In this document: positions 24,791 to 34,294 of the stretch, piece by piece
How the letters are laid out: each line of letters opens with the position of its first letter
How positions within the stretch are numbered: the first letter of the stretch is position 1
From: Octopus bimaculoides
Lineage: Eukaryota
Direction: 5' to 3'
NCBI RefSeq assembly: GCF_001194135.2
Contig: NC_068993.1
Coordinates: 2,809,923-2,844,216 of the forward strand
DNA: 34,294 nucleotides
Position numbers and translations under genes: made by a program
Notes under the pieces: model-generated
The model's database searches: none
The model's input: the letters and a program-made list of their open reading frames with translations, nothing else
What the model was told of the DNA's origin: nothing

Positions 24791-25630
24791 GTCATATGAA
24801 CATTATGCTTTAAAGAACCAAAAAAAACATCTGAACAGAATAATTTTACCACAAAGAAATTACAGTTTTTGATGGTAATTTTAATTTTCCTTGATAAAAT
24901 TATAAACAATTGAATGCAATTATGGTAAAAAATATCAAATAAATCCTATATTTCTAATTTTCATAATTCACTTTTATCTCATGATTAATTTAAACCTGAC
25001 TGGTTTTGCTTTAAACAGTAATATTAGTTACTTGTGTGTATATAATGCAGCAGAGAGNNNNNNNNNNNNNNNNNNNNNNNNNNNNNNNNNNNNNNNNNNN
25101 NNNNNNNNNNNNNNNNNNNNNNNNNNNNNNNNNNNNNNNNNNNNNNNNNNNNNNNNNNNNNNNNNNNNNNNNNNNNNNNNNNNNNNNNNNNNNNNNNNNN
25201 NNNNNNNNNNNNNNNNNNNNNNNNNNNNNNNNNNNNNNNNNNNNNNNNNNNNNNNNNNNNNNNNNNNNNNNNNNNNNNNNNNNNNNNNNNNNNNNNNNNN
25301 NNNNNNNNNNNNNNNNNNNNNNNNNNNNNNNNNNNNNNNNNNNNNNNNNNNNNNNNNNNNNNNNNNNNNNNNNNNNNNNNNNNNNNNNNNNNNNNNNNNN
25401 NNNNNNNNNNNNNNNNNNNNNNNNNNNNNNNNNNNNNNNNNNNNNNNNNNNNNNNNNNNNNNNNNNNNNNNNNNNNNNNNNNNNNNNNNNNNNNNNNNNN
25501 NNNNNNNNNNNNNNNNNNNNNNNNNNNNNNNNNNNNNNNNNNNNNNNNNNNNNNNNNNNNNNNNNNNNNNNNNNNNNNNNNNNNNNNNNNNNNNNNNNNN
25601 NNNNNNNNNNNNNNNNNNNNNNNNNNNNNN

Positions 25631-25677
<47 letters not shown>

Positions 25678-25691
25678 GTGTATGTATGTGT

Positions 25692-25810
25692 TTGCCAGAT
25701 CAGATTGGAGCCTGGTGCAGCCACTGGCTCTCTAGACCTCAGTCAAACCATCCAACCCATGCCAGCAGGGAAAACGGACGTTAAACGATGATGATGATGA
25801 TGATGATGAT
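25692..25810 (+). mobile_element. Retroelement 3' tail module ending in (GAT)n
   Basis: ggagcctggtgcagcc...gtcaaaccatccaacccatgccagcagggaaaacggacgttaaacgatgatgatg. Confidence 0.85.
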
Positions 25811-25814
25811 ATAT

Positions 25815-25945
25815 ATATGACGAGCTTCTCTCAATTTCCATCTGCCAAATTCACTCACAAGGCTTTGGTCAACCTGAGCTTATAGCAGAAGACATTTGCC
25901 CAAGGTACCACGCAGTAGGACTGAACCCAGAACCATGTGGTTAGT
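25815..25945 (-). mobile_element. tRNA-derived SINE, family A
   Basis: Reverse complement gives tgtgtggtaagaaac...ccacatggttctgggttcagtcc...ccttgggcaaatgtcttc...aaagccttgtgagtgaatttggcagatggaaattgag; tail-to-tail with the element at 25692. Confidence 0.85.
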
Positions 25946-26079
25946 AATCAAGTTTCTTACCACACATTTTATATAAATGTAAATTCTGTTGTCACTGCTC
26001 TCATGAAAGTTAAGTGGACTAACGAGATGTGACGGGTTTGAAAGTTTACAGAGCGTTACAGGAAGAGATTAAGGGTTAA

Positions 26080-26320
26080 TAACCAGAATGGTGGGCAGAG
26101 AAATGGAACTTTGTACTTTTATTTGGATTATATACATCGGAGGAGCTCTGTGGAGAGGAAGCAGAAGAAGAGTAAGACCTAATGAAGACACGGATTGGAG
26201 CGGATGACGGTTGATCCTTCCAAAGGAAATGACTGTGACAGAGAAATGAAATAAGTGGTGAGATGCTATGCTGGAAAGGACCAAACAATCAAGGACAGTA
26301 CAGGAAACGAGGCGTGAAAT
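26080..26320 (+). mobile_element. Decayed RTE LINE ORF 3' end
   Basis: GSRRRVRP and EMTVTEK*NKW*DAMLERTKQ resemble the recalled RTE terminus GRGRPRKTW...MT.DRDLWRYAVLEKT; followed by (GAT)n. Confidence 0.4.
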
Positions 26321-26568
26321 GATGACTATGATGGTGATGGTGATGATGATGATAATGTTGGTAGTAGTGGTGGTGAGGTGGTGGTGGTGATGGTGAAGAT
26401 GACAAAGACTATGACAAAAATAATGATGGTGATGATAATGGTGATGATGATGACGATGATAATGATGACACTAATGATGATGGTGATGGTGATGGTGATG
26501 GTGATGACAATAATTATGACAATGACGACAATGAAGATGACGATGATCATGATGATAACAGTGATGCT

Positions 26569-26599
<31 letters not shown>

Positions 26600-26625
26600 A
26601 TGACGCCACGGATGATAATGATGTT
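26318..26625. repeat. Long degenerate (GAT/GGT)n tract
   Basis: Direct inspection; explains ORFs 26326-26721 and 26378-26695. Confidence 0.9.
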
Positions 26626-26880
26626 GTCCAAGAAAAGAACGAACATTAGCTTTGCAATCTTTCTCTCTGAAATTCTGATGAAATTAATCTGGTAGATGTT
26701 TGGCATGGAGTGTCGGATCACTTGTCAGGATTCCGATCAGGAACCTCAGCCAAAATTAGAATAACTTGTTGAAATGTAAATAAATTATTTTATAATTGTT
26801 TATCAAGTGTAAGTGTTTATCTAACTGCTTGTTAAATTATTTTCACAATCATCAGATAATATACGATAGTCATTTGCGTA

Positions 26881-27310
26881 AGTAATTTACAAGATAAAAA
26901 TAAAACTGAAATATTAGAATGTGAAAGTCTGGAGAATAAGTTACGATATCAAGGAACCGGCAATATTAACAAATGTGATCTCCTGACTGAACAAGATATT
27001 ACAAAAGAATTATTTCTTGGAGATGTAAAACTGCCAATAGAATCTGCTAGATTCATCATTGGTAATAGGTTACTGGATGTCATGCCAAATCTGTGGGTTG
27101 CGTTAAGAACGATGTTTATGATATGTTATTACAGTGGCCACAGGAGAAAGAAGCTTTAATTTCTTAAAGCTTACAAAGATATATTTATGGTAACCTATTA
27201 CATAAGACAGATTAAATTCTTTGGCAGTTTTGCCAAGAGATAACGATATTCGAGGAAAAAATAGATACAGAAAATGTTATGAAATCATTTGCTAATTTGA
27301 GTAAAAAGTT
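26881..27310 (+). mobile_element. hAT transposase fossil (C-terminal dimerisation domain)
   Basis: LPIESARFIIGNRLLDVMPNLWVALRTMF / frameshift / ITVATGERSFNFLKLTKIYLW*PIT*DRLNSLAVL / EKIDTENVMKSFANL matches the hATC signature YPN..IALRILLT.PVTVASGERSFSKLKLIK.YLRSTM.QERL..LA.L. Confidence 0.8.
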
Positions 27311-27520
27311 TCAGTTTGTAGAATGCCTGATTTTTAGCATCTGTTAATTTAGACATATTAAGTAATTTATTAGCAGAAAATATGAAATGTGCTGATGATC
27401 TTTCGGAGGTGAATGCCAACCTTTGAACTTTCTCTTACTCATCCAGGCTCAGAAATGTAACAAAAATATGTCAGGACCATTGCCATTAATGAGAATATTG
27501 TGATTTCTGTCTGTCTGTTG

Positions 27521-27651
27521 CTCTCTCTTTCTTTCTCTCTCTCTTTCTTTCTCTCTCTCTTTCTTTCTCTCTCTCTTTCTTTCTCTCTCTCTTTCTTTCT
27601 CTCTCTCTCTTTCTTTCTCTCTCTCTCTTTCTTTCTCTCTCTCTCTCTTTT

Positions 27652-27694
<43 letters not shown>

Positions 27695-27707
27695 TTCTCT
27701 GTCTCTC
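27521..27707. repeat. Polypyrimidine (CT)n/(CTTT)n compound tract
   Basis: About 185 bp almost entirely pyrimidine on the plus strand, with a recurring ~14-16-bp unit. Confidence 0.95.
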
Positions 27708-28249
27708 GTATATTTATCAAAGAAGTGATTTGAAAACCTGATGTTATGTTTGAAATGTTGAGCTGTCCCCTTTGTTTTATTTCTTAGTTAATTATTAAGA
27801 TTTTATTTTATATTTATATTTTTTTATTCAGTAATTTTTATTAACTACATATATTTTTGCACGAAGAAAACAAAGAAGAAAAAAGGAAAGAGGAGGGATT
27901 AGGCTGTGGGAGAGGTGGTGGGAGGCAGTCACAGGTTGTACACCCCAGAACAGATGGCATTTTCAGATTTTCAGCCATGCCCTGCAGATATGATTGCAAA
28001 GGTGGGAAATGTATATTGTAACAAACACTATGCCCTTTCATTTGCAGGTTTCCTTCTGGGGTAAGTGTTTAGCTTTCAAGGACATTAAAATTGACTTAGC
28101 CAGGTTAACATCCACCCTACTACAACTGTGAAAGCAGGTGTGTACGTCAGCCATGGAGTATTTTACATAATACATGTGTAGTGTCTCTTATTCTCCTTGT
28201 CCAATACACATGGAGCACTGGACAAACAAATACCTTCCTCCCAGCGTAA

Positions 28250-28480
28250 TGACAAAGCTTTAATGAGCCTGCTCTCAGAGAAGGCTGATATCAGCAAAGT
28301 TTTGCTCCACTATCCTTCACCATTTCTTGATAGATCAAAGCCTTCGAAAAAGATCTCCCCATCTTTGGTTTCCACTCAAGAGGACCTCTCACTGGTATCT
28401 TCATGACACGTACAGCTCATAGTTGAATAGCTTCCCCCATCTGCCAGTGAGATTATCTCATTGGCCACTCAATATGTAGT
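28250..28480 (-). mobile_element. Possible RTE-like ORF terminus remnant
   Basis: KIPVRGPLEWKPKMGRSFSKALIYQEMVKDSG is weakly like LLW.PKHGRR..GRP.LTY.DMLK.DTG. Confidence 0.3.
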
Positions 28481-29859
28481 GGTGTGGCAGGGCATAAGCT
28501 TTACTGAGTGGCTGCATGAGAGGGGGTGGCTAATTTGATTAGTATGGGGCAAAACCCATGCTATGTTGATGTACTGGGTGAGATATGATGTTGTGAGGTG
28601 GTTGTTTAATATATATGCTGTATGAGATGTGTTATAACATTGTGAGGTGTCTGTGTATAGTATATGTTGTGTGAGATGTGTTTATGCCATGAAATGTTCA
28701 TGCTGCATATGTGCAGTAAACATGTGAGTGAGCCGAAGATGTCATTTGTAAAAATATATGCTAGACATAATAAAGTTATCTTTTTAGATAATATGCTGAG
28801 TTATGACATTTGCTATGGCTTTAATGTCTTACTTTATGTTCATTTTTATCATATAGAGTGAACCAATTCTTAATATTGTTGTAGTTGTATGGTACGTATA
28901 GCTTGAAGTTGTATAATAGGGAAGAATTCAGCATATGATAGGCTTTCATAGAACTGAAGAAATATTAGCAAACTCTTCTATTGTCAACAGAATGGTTTCT
29001 TTTCTATACAATAGACAGATGTAAGCTGTGTAATGTTTTATGCCATTAGAATATACTGAGTGGTAATAAAGAAAGCAGAATATTAGCAGATAAAAGAAGT
29101 TTAACAGGGTCTTAGCTAAAAGTTTGCTCTGCTTTGCCTTGAACTCTCAACTCTCGTGGAGTCATAGGAGCACTATTGTGACATACAGTTGCCTACTGGT
29201 GTATTTGGTCACACTCAAACACAATTTCAACAACGGTTAAGTGATTGGAATAGTAGAATAGCCAACTCAATGAAGTCCCAAAATATTTCATGCTTCCTTT
29301 AAATTCAGTTTTGGTTTAATTATTGAGGAATATAAGACTACAGGACTGGTGTCTTCCAGGTTATATCCTTATAACCATCCCTGGATACCTCCTGAAATGA
29401 GAGCATGTTCAGTTTGATGTGAAGTATATGAGATACATGGAACTTGGTTGAAATAGCTCTGCAATTTTGCTATGGGTAATTAGCATTGTGTTAATTAAAT
29501 TCTCTCAGATAATCACCAAACACCTAATTTAAGAGGGATTCCATAAATGGTACATTAATGTTTTCTCCAGATTAATTAAGAAAATATTGAAAGAAATATT
29601 ATATAAACATATATGTGATTTCATATATATANNNNNNNNNNNNNNNNNNNNNNNNNNNNNNNNNNNNNNNNNNNNNNNNNNNNNNNNNNNNNNNNNNNNN
29701 NNNNNNNNNNNNNNNNNNNNNNNNNNNNNNNNNNNNNNNNNNNNNNNNNNNNNNNNNNNNNNNNNNNNNNNNNNNNNNNNNNNNNNNNNNNNNNNNNNNN
29801 NNNNNNNNNNNNNNNNNNNNNNNNNNNNNNNNNNNNNNNNNNNNNNNNNNNNNNNNNNN

Positions 29860-29908
<49 letters not shown>

Positions 29909-30318
29909 ATACACGCATATACACACATACATGTTTATATCCATTGCCAATGTACTTTTGAATCCTCTTGATAGTCTATAGCATTGCTTACTTTCATTAA
30001 ACTAAGCTAAATTGCTAATATGAATAATAAATGACTTGAATATATATTAATGAGATAATGAAATAATATCAATATAAATAATGAAATAATATTAACATAA
30101 ATAATTAACAGTTATCATACTTTGTTCTTCTTCCTGTATAAATCTTTGCATTCTTCTCTGCACATTCTCTCTCTACTTACATGGATGCACATGTGAAACA
30201 CACACACTTACCGACACACACACATACACATACATATGCATATACAAATATACATATATATACATACATGTAACTAAATACATATACATGTATATATATA
30301 TACGTACATGTAAATAAT

Positions 30319-30375
<57 letters not shown>

Positions 30376-30789
30376 ATATATATATATATCTCTCTCTATA
30401 TATATATGTATGTACATGTATGCATTTGTGTGTGTCTATAATTCTATCTCTGGAGTAATGGAGTTTCATCAAACTTTTATAAATTTCATTAGAATCAGTT
30501 GTAAAAAGATATCTTAATGATTTATGTTAATTAAAAAATTCCAGCTGCTTTTGAAAGAAACCCTGTGTGAGTTGTGTAACATATGTGTGGTGATGCCTGA
30601 TGTCTGCTGCCAAACTGTTCTACCATCTCAGGTTCATTCCTCATCCATTGCTATTGCTGCCCATTCTAGGTAAAAGATGTCTTCTGCAATACTTATCCCC
30701 CAATCAACATCCAAAATCGATCCAGTTAATTACTGAGGAGTATTTCTAGTCCCTTAATTAAGTGTGGAGGACATAAATGCCATTAACTG

Positions 30790-30900
30790 GTATTCCATCA
30801 ATTGTGATGATGAGCGTTCCAGTTGATCCAATCAATGGAACAACCAGCCTATGAAATTAACTTGCAACAGGTTGAGTATTCCACAGACAAGTGTACCCTT
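30790..30900 (-). mobile_element. 3' module of a further SINE family (F)
   Basis: Reverse complement aagggtacacttgtctgtggaatactcaacc...ttaatttcataggctggttgttccattgattggatcaactggaacgctc matches a recalled octopus SINE tail. No second copy in the window. Confidence 0.55.
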
Positions 30901-31200
30901 ATGACTTTCTTCCATCTATTTACAAGCTTTTTAATCCCATCAATGTAAAACTCTTTTGGTTTCAAAGTGAAGAATTCTGAAATGTCAGTTTCGATCTCCT
31001 CCTGGCTTGCGAAAATTATGTCCCCCAAATGATTCTGTAAACTATGAAACAAATGGTAGTCTGAAGGAGCAAGGTCCAGAGAATAAGGTGGATGAGGAAT
31101 TTTTTTCCCAACCAAGCTCTTCAATCTTCTGTGATGTGATCTTTGCAGTGTGAGGTCGCACATGGTCCTGATGAAACATCACTCCTTTCCGATTCACCAC
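30901..31200 (-). mobile_element. mariner-family transposase C-terminal fragment, D,D(34)D, frameshifted
   Basis: VVNRKGVMFHQDHVRPHTAKITSQKIEELGWEK / +1 in the A7 run at 31100-31106 / IPHPPYSLDLAPSDYHLFHSLQNHLG...FYIDGIKKLVNRWKKVI. There are 34 residues between the last two catalytic aspartates. Confidence 0.92.
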
Positions 31201-31800
31201 CCCAGAACACTGCTATATTTGTATACATTGCATCACCTATATTATCAAGACATGAAGCATCCCACCATCACCACCACCAATACCACCATCATCACCACCA
31301 CCACAGCCCCAGCATTATCATCATCATCATCATCATCACTATTATTATTATTAGTAGTAGTATTAGTATTTAGAATCTGCAATTTATTTTCCCATTTCCA
31401 TAAATATTGCATTTAAGTTTAGGAAGTTAGTTCTGCTGAAAATTCTAAAATTAAATCATGAAAATAAATAAGACATGAATTTATGTCTCAACATCAATTT
31501 TATTTTCCTGTCTGTTTTATGAATAATGGATTTCTTCTTCTCCTTCTTCCTCTCTCCTTTGTCTTTTTTTTCTTTTTTTGTTCTTCTTTTCTGAACTATA
31601 GTCTGGAAAGTTAAGTATGTATACCACCACTCCCAGCATCCCCATCTTCATCACTTTTACCAGCACCCACTTCACCATCTTGGCCAATACCACCATGGCT
31701 ACCACCACCTCTATTACTTCATTATTCTCTGTCTCTCGCTTACTTCCTTGTCCAACAAAAATATATTTATATATCTATCTATCTGTCTGCCTATCTATAT

Positions 31801-32135
31801 CATCATCATCATCATCATCATTTGACGTCCGCTTTCCCTGCTGGCATGGGTTGGACGGTTTGACAGAAAGCTGGTAAGCCAGAAGGCTGCACCACACTCC
31901 CGTCTGATCTGCCAAGGTTTCTACAGCTGGATGCCCCTCCTAATGCCAACCACTCAAAGAGTGTAGTGGGTGCTTACATCCCACTGGCATGGGTACCATT
32001 GACATGCCAACAGCATAGGGCACAGCTATGATCTCACTTGGATTGGCAGGTCTTCTCAAACGCAGTATATTATTGAAGGTCTTGGTCACTCATCACTGCC
32101 TCTGTGAGGCCCAATGCTCGAATGGTGCTTTTTAT
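31801..32135 (-). mobile_element. Retroelement 3' module ending in (GAT)n
   Basis: catcatcat-ttgacgtccgctttccctgctggcatgggttggacggtttgac...ggatgcccctcctaatgccaaccac; reverse complement of the 25692/22720 module. Confidence 0.85.
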
Positions 32136-32138
32136 ATA

Positions 32139-32337
32139 GGCCTCAAAAGACATTTTTAGATCCACAAAGATCAGAACTTAACTGCAGCTCTTGGTGGTCT
32201 AAATCGGATATGCAATCTTTGTGGCTGTCTTTTCGGAATATTGTCTGGTTTAAAAAGTCACATCAGATGCCATGATAGATCTAAGGTGTAGTTACAGGAA
32301 GGGGTCAGACTCTGCATAAGGAGTAGACAACCACCAT
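32139..32337 (+). mobile_element. RTE-type LINE 3' end encoding a C2H2 zinc finger
   Basis: GLKRHF*IHKDQNLTAALGGLNRICNLCGCLFGILSGLKSHIRCHDRSKV* contains C-x2-C-x12-H-x3-H; short 3' UTR then (TA)n. C-terminal C2H2 fingers are typical of RTE ORFs. Confidence 0.6.
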
Positions 32338-34029
32338 ATATATATATATATATATATATATANNNNNNNNNNNNNNNNNNNNNNNNNNNNNNNNNNNNNN
32401 NNNNNNNNNNNNNNNNNNNNNNNNNNNNNNNNNNNNNNNNNNNNNNNNNNNNNNNNNNNNNNNNNNNNNNNNNNNNNNNNNNNNNNNNNNNNNNNNNNNN
32501 NNNNNNNNNNNNNNNNNNNNNNNNNNNNNNNNNNNNNNNNNNNNNNNNNNNNNNNNNNNNNNNNNNNNNNNNNNNNNNNNNNNNNNNNNNNNNNNNNNNN
32601 NNNNNNNNNNNNNNNNNNNNNNNNNNNNNNNNNNNNNNNNNNNNNNNNNNNNNNNAGATAAAATGACAGAAAGATAGGCAGAGAGAGAGAGAGAGGTAAG
32701 AACTGAACCTTGTACTCAAGTACTTTGTTTAGTGGCCTTGAAAAAATATGAAAAACAAAATGACCCTTGCAAGATTTGAACTCAGATGGTGGTTGACCAA
32801 AGTGAAAATTAAACTTCCTTCATCCCAACAATAACAATTTTGAGAATTTGCCATCTTTTACTATAATTTTAGATAAGTTATTTGTGAAACTAAAACAAGA
32901 TGGTCAGGTCTGGAAGGCTCTTGATGTAATAACTAGTTTGATATATCAGGACTAAACTTGTGCTAAGAAGCAACAGCATCAGCAATAGCAGCAGCAGCAA
33001 CGGCAGCAGCAACAGCAGTAGCAACGACAATACCTATAGTTGACATAAGGTAGAACTGAACTCGGGACCCAAGCAACTGCAAGCAATCCACTAGATTATC
33101 TGTTTGGTCAGTTAGCTGTCACGTAAATTGTGACAATTTGTAACAAACAAAAATGTAATTAAAAACAAATACTTTTTTATTCTTTCCCTTGCTAGTGCCA
33201 AACAGCACGTGGCCATGCTGGAGCAACCGGCATCATTCTTGTTAGATTTGGCATTAAATAAAATAATGAAATAAACTTGTTATAAATATAAAACTACAAA
33301 GAGATAAGAAAGTGTTTGTTGATTATCGGAAATGTTTTGCTTTTGCCTATCCCTGCTTCCATAGAATTCAGGATCTTTGGAACCTGAAGACTGATAAGTC
33401 TAATTATTTATCAATATTCCTACTGCTGGCTATTTAGGCCTGGTTTGATATTAAATAAAGACTAATATCTGATTGGTTAAACAAAACGAACACCAAACTG
33501 CAGAGATGCTGTTAGAGTTGGTGGTGGTGGGCAGGAGAGGAGATTATCAGAGCTTCTTAGAGATGAAGTTATTGTTAACAGGTTCCTAAATATGAAGATT
33601 GCCAATAATTTAGGAATGGATAGAAGCATCAGTCACATCCTGTTAACAATGATGAGAACAATGAAATTCTGTACATCTGAATGGATAAGGACTGTTTGCT
33701 GGAAGAGAAAAACATTGAAAAACAGGGAGGCACTTCAAGTGTGAGCAAATGATAGCAAACCTCTGGGGATTCGTAGAATTAATAATGAATGTTTTGGTGA
33801 GGTGAGGAATACTTTGTGAGCTTTTACAAAGACCAACACAATTGATTTTAAAATAAATGGATTTGAAATGGTTGGTCATCAACCAAGAAACCTTAAAGGC
33901 ATCCAAATTTAATATTCGTAAAATTTTATTATGATTACATATTTTCTTCTCACTTAGTCGACATCTGCTAGTGACCAAGGTCAAAATGTTGTTGCTAATG
34001 GCCATGATAACTTCTTTATTAGAGATAGT

Positions 34030-34051
34030 AGTAACAATAACAATAATAATG

Positions 34052-34104
<53 letters not shown>

Positions 34105-34117
34105 AATAATACTAATG
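34030..34117. repeat. (AAT)n tract
   Basis: Direct inspection. Confidence 0.95.
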
Positions 34118-34294
34118 ATTTTTTTAAAAACTATTAGGCCATGTTGGAAGGGTAATATCTCTTTCCAGAGTCTGAGATTTGTGAAAGAAAATGAAGAAGG
34201 TAAACTCAAACTGAGCACCTTGCTTGAATGCTTGCAACAGACTCAACTTCACATTAGTTAGTCGTCGTCCACCACCACCACCACCACCATATAT

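Noticed and set aside
33643-34218. 191-aa minus ORF and the opposite-strand poly-Asn candidate exon (33958-34137)
   Set aside because: Length is inflated by the (AAT)n tract, no domain is recognised, and the window ends before context can be judged.

Overview
AT-rich eukaryotic scaffold sequence with nine N gaps, saturated with di-, tri- and tetranucleotide microsatellites. It carries several families of tRNA-headed SINEs and many decayed transposon fragments. The repeat families and microsatellite load resemble an Octopus (coleoid cephalopod) genome; this is inference from recalled repeat consensuses, not a database result. No host protein-coding gene can be confidently assembled. Most ORFs in the supplied track are microsatellite or gap artefacts, so the window is probably intronic or intergenic. 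Recognisable protein fossils: a mariner D,D(34)D transposase C-terminus, a hAT dimerisation domain, an Ingi/Vingi-like LINE C-terminus, RTE-like LINE ends and a Penelope-like RT segment. Most notable structures: (1) a minimal type-I hammerhead ribozyme motif with an A6U core change in a Penelope-type terminal fragment (16684-16720, minus); (2) a 418-bp fold-back element with ~150-bp inverted arms (2745-3162); (3) a Penelope RT segment bounded by in-frame AG/GT splice signals (17437-17616); (4) a 158-codon minus-strand frame broken by one TGA (23444-23917).
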